From assembly GCA_963782525.1 (NCBI GenBank), contig CAWAKC010000001.1:1-64000 (forward strand): a stretch of 64,000 nt of DNA, in the 5' to 3' direction. Position 1 is the stretch's first letter, and each line of letters starts with the position of its first letter. This document shows positions 18,470-27,244 of this stretch, piece after piece. Source of the stretch: Candidatus Bathyarchaeota archaeon. GTDB lineage: Archaea > Thermoproteota > Bathyarchaeia > Bathyarchaeales > Bathycorpusculaceae. The translations under genes were made by a program, and so were the position numbers. The notes beneath the pieces are model-generated. The model was not told the DNA's origin. It was given only the letters and a program-made list of their open reading frames with translations, and ran no database searches.

Positions 18470-18895
18470 CTAAAGATGCTGCCTTATCCTTTCAGCGTCC
18501 TTCTCCAATTCTTCTGAACCGCGAGGATTTGTGTGATCGTGGAAAGCCTTGCCATGAATAAAACCCTCAGTTGACATCATTGGTATAACATGCACGTGCA
18601 AGTGCGACACAACCTGACCAGCCGCCCACCCATTATTCTGCACAAGCCGTATCCCATCCGCAGAAACTGCATCCCTAACAGCTTGAGCAACCCGCTTCGC
18701 GACTTTAAACATATAAGCGGTTTCTTCCTCAGGAATCTCGTAGATGTTCTCGTAGTGTCTTTTGGGAACCACCAATGTATGCCCCTCGTTGACTGGGCGA
18801 TTAGTTAAAAAAGCCACGACGTTTGCGTCTTCGTAAACTATGCTTGCAGGTGTTTCTTTTCGGATTATCTGGCAGAAAATACAGTCTTCGGACAT
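18470..18895 (-). CDS. HIT family nucleotide hydrolase
   Basis: DCIFCQI, GHTLVVPKRH and histidine triad HLHVHVIP. Confidence 0.95.
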   Translation of the reverse strand: MSEDCIFCQIIRKETPASIVYEDANVVAFLTNRPVNEGHTLVVPKRHYENIYEIPEEETAYMFKVAKRVAQAVRDAVSADGIRLVQNNGWAAGQVVSHLHVHVIPMMSTEGFIHGKAFHDHTNPRGSEELEKDAERIRQHL

Positions 18896-18965
18896 GGAGT
18901 CATACCTTTCAGGGTTTGTTCGTTGGATATAGCTTTAATAGATTTTCGCCAGTCAATAATACTTT

Positions 18966-19997
18966 ATGGACACTTTAGTTGACGATATCGGCAGTTTTCC
19001 GTTGCCTGCAAACGTTAAAAGAGAAACCTATAGCAGGGCGTATGAACTTGCAAGGGAAGCCATAATCAACGGTAAAGACCCATCGAAAGATGAGTTCACC
19101 TTGAAAAACTTCTGTGAGGTAGTTGTAGATTCGTTTAGAGTCAAGATACGTTCAGGTTTAGATGTGGTGAATTTTCCGCAGCATTATAGCGGAATCAAAC
19201 AAGTTGGCGACGCAATCCACGCCGCCATGGAGAAAGGCTCCTTCGTCGTCGACCAAGAAAGAGCTTTTCTACCCGAAATCTACGTCCTAAACCAAGAAGC
19301 CAAAGGCCTCAGCGAAGAGTTCGGAAAAAAAATTGAGTTGCGAGTTTCAATTTTTGGCCCAATCGAGCAGTACTTAAGCGAAGTCGGCGCAACAGCTTAC
19401 CCCGATGTGCTAGATGGGTTTGCCCAAACCATTAACCGTTTCGCAAAAAACAGTATACTGAACACCAAGTACATTGAAACTAAGGCAGTATCCATCGATG
19501 AACCAAGCCTTGGACACAGCAGTTTCACAGGCACCCCAGAATTAATCCGCGAAGCACTGGAGAAAGCCTATGATTTTCAAGGACCAATCAAGCAGATTCA
19601 TCTGCATTTCTCTTCAGGAATCCACGATTTACTCACCGTGAAAGGACTCGATGTGTTATCTTTCGAATATGCGGCTTCCCCAAAGAACATTGAAGATGTC
19701 CCAAAGAGCATTCTGGAAAAAGCCGATAAGCAAATACGTGTAGGAATCGCCAGAACAGACATCGACTCCATATGGGCTGAACTCTACGAAAAAGGCATAA
19801 CGCAGCCCTCAACCGAACAAATTGTTGAATCCACACAAACTATGAAGAAACGGTATGAATTTGCCAAAGAGAAGTATGGCGAACGAATGACGTTTACGGG
19901 TCCTGATTGTGGTTTAGGAAGCTGGCCAAGTCAGGAGTCAGCCACGTTGGTTCTGGAACGGTCTGTGAGAGCGGTAAAAGAGAACTCTAAATTCTAA
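18966..19997 (+). CDS. Cobalamin-independent methionine synthase catalytic-domain (core-MetE) family protein
   Basis: DIGSFP, SIDEP, QIHLH, SFEY and GPDCGL; single-barrel length (343 aa). Confidence 0.8.
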   Translation: MDTLVDDIGSFPLPANVKRETYSRAYELAREAIINGKDPSKDEFTLKNFCEVVVDSFRVKIRSGLDVVNFPQHYSGIKQVGDAIHAAMEKGSFVVDQERAFLPEIYVLNQEAKGLSEEFGKKIELRVSIFGPIEQYLSEVGATAYPDVLDGFAQTINRFAKNSILNTKYIETKAVSIDEPSLGHSSFTGTPELIREALEKAYDFQGPIKQIHLHFSSGIHDLLTVKGLDVLSFEYAASPKNIEDVPKSILEKADKQIRVGIARTDIDSIWAELYEKGITQPSTEQIVESTQTMKKRYEFAKEKYGERMTFTGPDCGLGSWPSQESATLVLERSVRAVKENSKF

Positions 19998-20038
19998 TTT
20001 TATTTAGGTAAAAATAAGAGTAAGAAGAAAAAATCTTC

Positions 20039-20908
20039 TTATTCGGGGGTTTGTTCGGATGGCGTAGGTGGCAAGGGTTCCTGGCTTGGCAGTGGTTTCT
20101 TCTTTGCTTGATTCTGTTGGGCCATAGTTAGGTCTTTGAAGCCGTAGGTTCCAATTGGAGGCCAACCTGCTTCAGGCATGGATGCTGGTATTAACATGAT
20201 TGTGTTTGTTTGTGACTGCTGACCTAACTCATAGAGTATGTTCATCCACCTAAGTCTAAGACCCTCTGGGCTTGATTCATACGCTTTTGCAGCTTCAATC
20301 ATTTTTGCTGAAGCTTCGAACTCGGCGGTGGCTAAAGTTACTCTTGCTATACGTTCCCGTTCAGCTTGTGCTTGGCGGCTCATAGCGTCTTGTAGGTTGG
20401 CTGGGATGATGACGTCCCGGACTTCGACGGCGGTGACTTTGATTCCCCATGACTCAGTTTTTTCGTCGATGATTTCTCGCAGGCGTGCTCCGACTTTTTC
20501 TCGTTCTGCAAGCAACTCGTTTAGGCTAACTTTACCTATGACTTCTCTGAGGGTTGTTTGCGATGCCAATTGTGTAGCTTGGTAGTAATTCTCAACTGCC
20601 AATACTGCCTTCTCCAAATCTACGGGTTTCATGTACAGGACTGAGTCAACGTTTACAGGAACGTTGTCTTTGGTGAGTGTGGATTCTGTGCGGAATTGTA
20701 TGGTGTCTAGTCTTGTTGAGATTTTTAGGGGTGCCCTGTCGATTAAGGGAACCAGGTAGATGATTCCAGGTCCCTTCAAACCCATGTAACGACCAAGTCT
20801 TAAAACTGGCATGCGTTCCCATTCTTTGAGCACGCGGATGCCACTTAACAGGAAAAGTGCAACAACAATAGCTATAAAACCAATAATAGGAGTTAAAACG
20901 TCAACCAA
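20039..20908 (-). CDS. SPFH / stomatin (slipin) family protein
   Basis: N-terminal TM, RLGRY..KGPG, LTKDNVPV, QTTLREVIG and MSRQAQAERER. Confidence 0.95.
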   Translation of the reverse strand: MVDVLTPIIGFIAIVVALFLLSGIRVLKEWERMPVLRLGRYMGLKGPGIIYLVPLIDRAPLKISTRLDTIQFRTESTLTKDNVPVNVDSVLYMKPVDLEKAVLAVENYYQATQLASQTTLREVIGKVSLNELLAEREKVGARLREIIDEKTESWGIKVTAVEVRDVIIPANLQDAMSRQAQAERERIARVTLATAEFEASAKMIEAAKAYESSPEGLRLRWMNILYELGQQSQTNTIMLIPASMPEAGWPPIGTYGFKDLTMAQQNQAKKKPLPSQEPLPPTPSEQTPE

Positions 20909-20947
20909 TTTTTATTCCTCGACTAGTGGTATGCTATGATTGGAGAA

Positions 20948-21343
20948 TTAAGCTTTTTGCTCGGCTGGTTTAACCACCAAAGACATGCCTGCCAGCCCAA
21001 CGACTTCAACGGCTTGACCCGTTGCTATCTCGCCGTTTTTGGCGGTGGCTTCCCAGAACTCTCCCATCACTCGGACTTCGCCATTAGGTTTAAGGTCGGA
21101 TGTTGCTATGCCTTTGGCGCCGATTAAGGCTTCTTTGCCTGTTTTTACCCTTCTAAACTGAGCTTTAACCCCCACATAGAAAATGATTCCCACAATTATA
21201 GCAACGATTATGAGGGTTATTCCAAGGGTTAACTCAACCGAAATGGCTAATCCATAGAAGTTTGTTCCCGAAATTGCAGCAAAAAACAGAAACGCCGCTA
21301 TAGTGACTAAGATGCCTATTGCGAAAGCTAATCCCGCATGCAT
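20948..21343 (-). CDS. NfeD-like protein (short form, TM segments + OB fold)
   Basis: TGKEALIG..G, GEVRVMGEFWEA; upstream of stomatin. ATG 21343 preferred as start. Confidence 0.85.
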   Translation of the reverse strand: MHAGLAFAIGILVTIAAFLFFAAISGTNFYGLAISVELTLGITLIIVAIIVGIIFYVGVKAQFRRVKTGKEALIGAKGIATSDLKPNGEVRVMGEFWEATAKNGEIATGQAVEVVGLAGMSLVVKPAEQKA

Positions 21344-21466
21344 GCTAATTCCTTGAACTATTGATAGGTTGAATCTGCTTATAAGGTATTTCAGAGAAGA
21401 AAAAAGCAAAAAGTAATCCACTTATTTTAAGTATTACTTTGATACTAGGTAATACTGTGAAAAAAA

Positions 21467-21741
21467 TGGATGAAGTTGTCGTTAGTGTCACCAAAAAAGG
21501 ACAGGCAACTATACCAAAAAAACTTAGGGAAAAATACTGCATCAAAGACAAAGCGCTGGTTGTAGAAGAAGATGGGAAAGGAATACTACTAAAACCTCTT
21601 CCTTCCCCATATGACGAATTCGGTTCTTTGAAATATCTTTTTCCAGGAAAAACTGCAAGAGAAGTAATTGAAGAGGGTAGAAAAGAAAACTACGAAAGGG
21701 AAAAAAGGTTGAATAGAATTGCTGGACGCCCTGACGTTTGA
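21467..21741 (+). CDS. AbrB/MazE-type antitoxin (VapB)
   Basis: VSVTKKGQATIPKKLREKY; overlaps the downstream PIN gene. Confidence 0.88.
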
Positions 21742-22120
21742 TACTGAGCCTATTGTGGCTTTCTTTTTTGGAGAACCTGGGGCTAAACCGGTTATCGACC
21801 TCTTAGAGAAAATGCAGAACCATGACGTTATAGGCTACATTAATATCCTGAATTTGACCGAAGTCTATTACACAATTGCTCGCCGAGACCCAAAAGTCGC
21901 TGATGAAAAGCTGAAGTTGCTACGTATTTTTGGAGTGAATGTTGTTCCAGTAACAGATAATGGTTTATGGCGTGAAGCTGCCCTCATAAAAAACAAATAC
22001 CAGCTTTCCCTGGGAGACTCTTTCGCTGTTGCAACCGCTCAAGCCTTAAAAACAAAACTTGTAGTTGGAAGCGACAAAGAACTTGAGAACGTGGACATTC
22101 CGCTTATAAAAATAAGATAA
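21719..22120 (+). CDS. PIN-domain toxin (VapC)
   Basis: Conserved acidic residues in FDTE, LTEVYY, LSLGDSFA and GSDKE. Confidence 0.88.
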   Translation: MLDALTFDTEPIVAFFFGEPGAKPVIDLLEKMQNHDVIGYINILNLTEVYYTIARRDPKVADEKLKLLRIFGVNVVPVTDNGLWREAALIKNKYQLSLGDSFAVATAQALKTKLVVGSDKELENVDIPLIKIR

Positions 22121-22132
22121 AAAAAGAAAAAA

Positions 22133-22282
22133 TTAGTTCCAGCGCTCGTTGATAAATAATCGGAGCGATGGGTCTTCGCGTGGGGCGATGCTTATTTGGG
22201 GCATTGGGGAGGGTCGTCTGCGTAGTGGCGGGGTTGGCATTGGAGATGGCGGTTCAATCTCTAATGGTGCACGATTTATCAG
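22133..22282 (-). CDS. Putative 49-aa Pro-rich peptide coupled to htrA
   Basis: Open frame (L)INRAPLEIEPPSPMPTPPLRRRPSPMPQISIAPREDPSLRLFINERWN-stop. CTG overlaps the htrA TGA and follows a GGAGG SD. Confidence 0.5.
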   Translation of the reverse strand: MINRAPLEIEPPSPMPTPPLRRRPSPMPQISIAPREDPSLRLFINERWN

Positions 22283-23211
22283 TCTTCTTCGCCTCCGTGA
22301 ACGGTTGGAACTATAGTTGTTTCGATGAGGCTTTCTCTGCGGATGATTGTTACTTTGGTTTCTTTGTTGATGACGTCTTCGCTTAGGAGTCGTGGTAGGT
22401 CGTAGAATTCGGTGACGGGTTTGCCGTTGAATTTAACGAGTACGTCGCCCATGGCTAAGCCTGCTTTGCGTGCTGGGGATCCTGCTTCAACGCTGAAGAT
22501 CATTACGCCTGTTTCCTGTTCGAGCCTTGCTTGCTCAGAGATTTCTTCTGGAATGGCTACTGTGTTGGCGACTATGCCTAGGTATCCTCTTTGCGCTACT
22601 TTTCCAGTCATTAAGCGGTCTGTTATGGCTTTGACTTTGTTTACAGGGATTGCGATGCCTCGTTGCCAAACATAAGCGGTGTTTATGCCGATTAGGTTGC
22701 CGTGAACATCGACGAGTGGTCCGCCGCTGAAACCGGGGTTTAGTTGGGCGTCGGTTGCGATGACGTTCTCCATTGCGGTTGATCCTCGCCAGCCTCTGAT
22801 GGTGCTGTTTACGCTGGTTACCATACCGCTGGTTGCGGTTGGTTGATTTCGGTTGAATGGGTTAGCCAGAGCCAGAACGTATTGTCCGACGTTTAGTTTT
22901 TCTGAATCTGCCAATTCGATGGGTGTAAAGTCGCCTTTGTCTGCCTTTAGTACAGCGACGTCGTTATAGGGGTCTGTGCCGACGATTTTTGCGTTGAAGG
23001 TTTTTTCTCCTTGCCCAATTTTGATGGTGTTGCAGCCTTGAAGGACGTGGTTGCAGGTTACTATGTAACCGTCTTTGGTTAAGACGACGCCTGTGCCCCT
23101 TGACATCTGCGCTTTAACGCTCACCACCGACTCCGAGGTTTTTTTGATTAGTGCGCTAGTTGCTTCTGAGAGCGATTTTAGGACTTCTAATGGGTTAACT
23201 AATTGAGTCAT
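22279..23211 (-). CDS. HtrA/DegP-family serine protease with one PDZ domain, no signal peptide
   Basis: Triad motifs TCNHV, DVAVL and NPGFSGGPL; PDZ motifs GYLGI and GSPARKAGL. Confidence 0.92.
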   Translation of the reverse strand: MTQLVNPLEVLKSLSEATSALIKKTSESVVSVKAQMSRGTGVVLTKDGYIVTCNHVLQGCNTIKIGQGEKTFNAKIVGTDPYNDVAVLKADKGDFTPIELADSEKLNVGQYVLALANPFNRNQPTATSGMVTSVNSTIRGWRGSTAMENVIATDAQLNPGFSGGPLVDVHGNLIGINTAYVWQRGIAIPVNKVKAITDRLMTGKVAQRGYLGIVANTVAIPEEISEQARLEQETGVMIFSVEAGSPARKAGLAMGDVLVKFNGKPVTEFYDLPRLLSEDVINKETKVTIIRRESLIETTIVPTVHGGEED

Positions 23212-23284
23212 TTTGTTTCCCTGAAGCACTAATAGTCAAAAAGGTATTTGTTGACTAAGGAACACAAAGACTTGGTCACAAAAG

Positions 23285-23917
23285 TTAGGCTGGCATCATG
23301 GAGCCGCCAAAGTAACCTACATTTCTTGCCATGACTTGCCGGGAAGACTGCGAGGTTATGCAGAGCTTGCCGATAAGCGACATCAACTGGTAGGATGCCT
23401 TGAGGGCCACGTTTACGTTGTTGCTGGTTAAGAATTTGGCTTCGATGTTTAGGGCAGTACCTTGGATGTTGGCGGCTATTTGGATGGCGCCGTCCTCGGT
23501 GATCCATTTGAGGGTTACGCCTTGATTGTTTTCGGATATGCCGAGCCAGCGGAGCATGCCGAACCATCTGCCTTTGAGCGAGTGGATGAGTTGCGGGGTC
23601 ATGAGGTCTGAAGGCAGAAAAGTCTGTATGAGAGGTGTGGTTGGGGTTTCTTTGTGTGGTGCGTTAAGTTTAAGTTCAGTTATTTTTGGGGTTACACGAT
23701 AGCCTTCAGGTTCTTTTTTCACGATGCCTTCTTCTTCGAGGTGGCTTAGGATGCGTGAGAGCGTTTCAGAATGCAAGCCTGTTCTGCGCTTTAACCCGTC
23801 GAAGGTGAAGGTGGCTAATTCCTCGGTTTCAATTAGCGCCAATACGTCAGCATCGCGTTCGCTGAGGCTGTAGTCGGCGTCGGGGCTTTGCCAATTAACA
23901 TTCAGAACAGGTATCAT
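23285..23917 (-). CDS. Winged-helix transcriptional regulator
   Basis: FTFDGLKRRTGLHSETLSRILSHLEEEGIV..GYRVT; directly upstream of htrA. Confidence 0.8.
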   Translation of the reverse strand: MIPVLNVNWQSPDADYSLSERDADVLALIETEELATFTFDGLKRRTGLHSETLSRILSHLEEEGIVKKEPEGYRVTPKITELKLNAPHKETPTTPLIQTFLPSDLMTPQLIHSLKGRWFGMLRWLGISENNQGVTLKWITEDGAIQIAANIQGTALNIEAKFLTSNNVNVALKASYQLMSLIGKLCITSQSSRQVMARNVGYFGGSMMPA

Positions 23918-24059
23918 TAATCAATGGAGTGTTGAAATGTTGCTTTTGAAGGTTACTCATCAATATTGCTAAAATGATGTAGGTTAGTTGAAGGTGATTT
24001 GGAGCAACTTTAATGGGAAAACTTACTTATTTTCTGTTCAACCTTGTTTTTGCTCTAAT

Positions 24060-24350
24060 CTTGTTTTTCTCGTTTTGTGTGGGTGTGGTGGGCTAAAAAC
24101 GCCACACTACACTTGAAGCTTTAGAATTGTTTGGTTTTTTGGTTTGGGTTTGTTTTTCTCTTGGGTTTGTGTGTGGGAAGCGGGTTTGGTTCACACATGT
24201 ATCATGGATTGTATGTTGGGTAGTGTGGGTGTAGTGTGGGAGTATGTTGGGTTTGGGTTGGTTGTGGTTGGGGGGATGTGGCGTTGTAATGGTTGTGGGT
24301 GTTGAAGAGTTGAGGGCATAATTGTTTTACGTTTGTACGGTGTTTTTTGG
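24060..24350 (+). repeat. G/T-rich low-complexity intergenic tract
   Basis: Strong G+T skew with repeated GTATGTTGGG and TAGTGTGGG; six runs of 3 or more G between 24218 and 24275. Confidence 0.7.
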
Positions 24351-24870
24351 TAGAGGTAGAAGAATTAGACCGCGGCAAAGATAGTTAGGGCTATTTCGGT
24401 CGTCAGGATGAGGGGTTTGCTTCGACGGCTTTGAAGTATCCTTGTTCTAAGATGCGTGAGAAGACCAGAATTTGTAGAAGATGGCGCCGTCCGTGTCCTT
24501 TGTGTGGAAAAGGTTCATAACCGTGAAAAAAGGACGAACCATTCTGCTTGAATCATTTGAAGTTAACGTAAACGAAAACTCTGTGGCACAAGCTACAATG
24601 AGATGAAATTGTGAAAGTAAAGTGTAGTGATGCGAAAAGAAATTCAATGTTTTTCCAGAAATCTTTGGAAACTACGAAATAATATTCTGCCAGGTCTGCG
24701 TGTTACACCATCAAGTTATCAAAAAACAAACAACGCAACAGTGAAAGCAATCCAATATGCGTAATTCAAATACAAAACCGCTCATTTAATTGAAGATTAA
24801 ACCGAAGATAAGAACAATATTAGTCCTATTACAGAAAAAGTCTTAACTATCGAGGGGTTAAGCTTGAATT

Positions 24871-25416
24871 ATGGAAGAAATAGAAGTCAAGATTCTAGAA
24901 GTAAACAGAACAACTCTTGAGAGAAAACTAGCTGAACTGGGTGCCAAAAAAGTTTTTGATGGAAACATTCAAACTTTCTTCTTTGACTTCAAAGAGGGCA
25001 CAATAATTAACAAAAAAAACGTATTACGTTTAAGGAAAGAACAGGACAAAATCGAATTAACTTATAAAAAAGTTCAAGTGACCCCAACAGCAAAAACTGC
25101 CCAAGAATATTCCGTCGAAGTTTCAAGCTTTGAAACGATGAGGGAAATCTTGGAAAATTTGGGTTTATCAGTTATTGATAGCATGCAAAAGTACCGAGTT
25201 AGCTACACTCTTGAGAGCGCACGTTTTGACTTTGATCGTTATTTGGGAAACTTTGTATATATTCCTGAGTTTTTGGAAATAGAAGCGAAAAGTACCGATT
25301 TGATCTACAAATATGCTGAAATTTTGGGTTTTAATGCGAAAGATTGCTTACCTTGGTCTACTGAAGATCTAATCCACCACTACTTCAAACTAAAAAAAAA
25401 TAATAAAATAAAGTAG
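24871..25416 (+). CDS. CYTH-domain protein (CyaB / class IV adenylate cyclase-like)
   Basis: N-terminal EIEVK motif, LRLRK, LTYKK, KYRVSY and FLEIEA. Confidence 0.9.
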   Translation: MEEIEVKILEVNRTTLERKLAELGAKKVFDGNIQTFFFDFKEGTIINKKNVLRLRKEQDKIELTYKKVQVTPTAKTAQEYSVEVSSFETMREILENLGLSVIDSMQKYRVSYTLESARFDFDRYLGNFVYIPEFLEIEAKSTDLIYKYAEILGFNAKDCLPWSTEDLIHHYFKLKKNNKIK

Positions 25417-26435
25417 ACGTGTGCGCAATTCATTTTTTATAGTTCCGATAGGTAAGTTATCTTTGAGCAAGTCTGGGATCGTACCCGTAAATACCATTGA
25501 TTTGGTGTCTTTGAGGGCTCCATGATCATTTGTTGTTGGGTCAAGCCCAGTACTTGCTTACCGTTTTTAGACTTTGCTCGCCAACAATAAGCGATCGTAT
25601 TGCTTCAGCATCATAACTAATCAAGCCAGCCATCACCATAGCCGCCTTCTTCACCAAACCCTTAGGCCTCACCCAGCAATTCCTCAAAACGTTAGCTTTA
25701 AGATGCCCATTAAACTGCTCAACCACATAACGCTTAGTCTCCAAGAGTCTAGCATGTTTGATTCTTTTGCGTTTTCCCCTTTCTAGGATTAGGAGCAATA
25801 ACAGGCTCAGCTTCAATGCCCTTGGCTGCTCTTTTGTTTGTTTTCGAGTCATAACCCGCATCGGCCAAAACGTATTCTGCTTCCAAATCCTCAATGAGAC
25901 CGGGAAGAAAAGGCGAGTCATAACGATTACCAGGCGTAACAACTGCTCTCAACGGCAACCCCAGCTGATTTACCGCTGCATGAAGCTTGAAACCTCTGAA
26001 TTTTCCACGGCTCGTGTGACCCCAGCCCGCTTCCATATCGTAGAGATCCACTAACGGCGTTGAGTCAACAATTAGAATAGTGGTCGGTGTCACTAGTTGA
26101 AGCATAGCCGATATCTTCTTAAAAGTTTCTTCAAGAACGTCAAGATAGCGTCTCCACCATCTTCCAACAGTGGTTCTATTGGGTACTTTGAATAAACCAA
26201 GTGTTCTAGCAACGTCCGTATGCTTCTTTAGATGTTCAATTACACGTGTGTCGTTCTCTAATCCTTTCAGTCTGGCATAAACGAGAACTCTTAGTGCTCT
26301 TAGGCGTCCGTAGCCTGGATTTCCGCGTCTTTTGGGTTCTACAGAAACGATTGCTTTGTTGACGAAAAGCCTGACAACTTCACAGGCTTCCATACTAGAA
26401 CATAATTGGGAAGCAGCTTAAATTCTGCACACCCC
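25416..26435 (-). mobile_element. Insertion sequence of about 1020 bp, IS5-like DDE type
   Basis: Imperfect terminal inverted repeats GACGTGTGCGCAATT / GGGGTGTGCAGAATT (reverse complement), TA on both flanks, single transposase inside. Confidence 0.75.
25541..26393 (-). CDS. DDE transposase with an apparent +1 frameshift near 25781
   Basis: IVDSTP, GFKLHAAV, TPGNRYDS and LADAGYDS in one frame; RYVVEQFNGHLK in the next. Span 853 nt (3n+1). Confidence 0.85.
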
Positions 26436-26446
26436 TAAATAAAGTT

Positions 26447-26914
26447 TTAAACCGCTTTTTTAGCAGGCTTACTTTTAGATTTAGAAGTTGCTACAGCTTT
26501 AACAGTTTTAGGTGATATTGGAGATTTTTGGACGGTTTTCTTGGTTACGTTCCAAGATGGGTATTGGCCGTGTTCTTTCTTGAAACTTTCCAGCAGTTCT
26601 TGTTGTGCAACCTTCGGGTTATCGCTTACTATCCAGCTAATAGCTACTTTTTCAAGGTACCCGTCATTTAGGAGCATAGAGTTGATTTTTCGGGTTGTTT
26701 TACCGCCATAGCCGGATAGGTACCCTCCAAAAACTCTCTTTGAAGGTTTCTTTGATTTGCCGATATACAAAATATCAGAAGCCGGTTTTCCAGTGATTGT
26801 AGAGTCAGCCAAAACTAAAACACTGCCTTTATCAATTGGTAAAGCTGAAAAAGATAGAACTTTTATAGGAACAAATTCGGCAAAGCCGCTTTCTTTAAGG
26901 GACAAAGAATTCAT
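26447..26914 (-). CDS. Hypothetical protein, weak GIY-YIG-like motif
   Basis: GSVLVL...ILYIGKSKK..KR, YPSWN and a Lys-rich tail. Confidence 0.6.
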   Translation of the reverse strand: MNSLSLKESGFAEFVPIKVLSFSALPIDKGSVLVLADSTITGKPASDILYIGKSKKPSKRVFGGYLSGYGGKTTRKINSMLLNDGYLEKVAISWIVSDNPKVAQQELLESFKKEHGQYPSWNVTKKTVQKSPISPKTVKAVATSKSKSKPAKKAV

Positions 26915-27244
26915 AATCTTTAGTAAAGAAAAAGCGGGATTTAACCTTTCCTACATAGACTATTTATTGCTATATATTCTATTTTCAGAGTCCTTAATGA
27001 CAACCTTACTCAAATAGAAAGCAGGTGTGTTGGAATGAACAAAAAAGTTCCGCTTTTCGAATTTGAGATATTCGCTGTTCGCAAGCCAAAATGTGTCGAA
27101 ATCCACGAGTTATCTAGGAAGCGCGACCGCTAACAAAAACCAAAAGAAGCAAAGATTTTTTTAAAATGTTTCCTTTATAAAATACCAGCGTTTATTATTT
27201 CCATCATTAAAATGAAACGATAAAATAACACATGGTAGAGGTTC

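Noticed and set aside
24447-24780. Possible decayed CxxC-containing gene
   Set aside because: Fragments (CPLCGK, FCQVC) are interrupted by many stops; no product can be supported.
25749-25800. Programmed -1 frameshift in the transposase
   Set aside because: Joining the two frames needs removal of one base (+1), and it matches the pattern of five other single-base insertions in the window.
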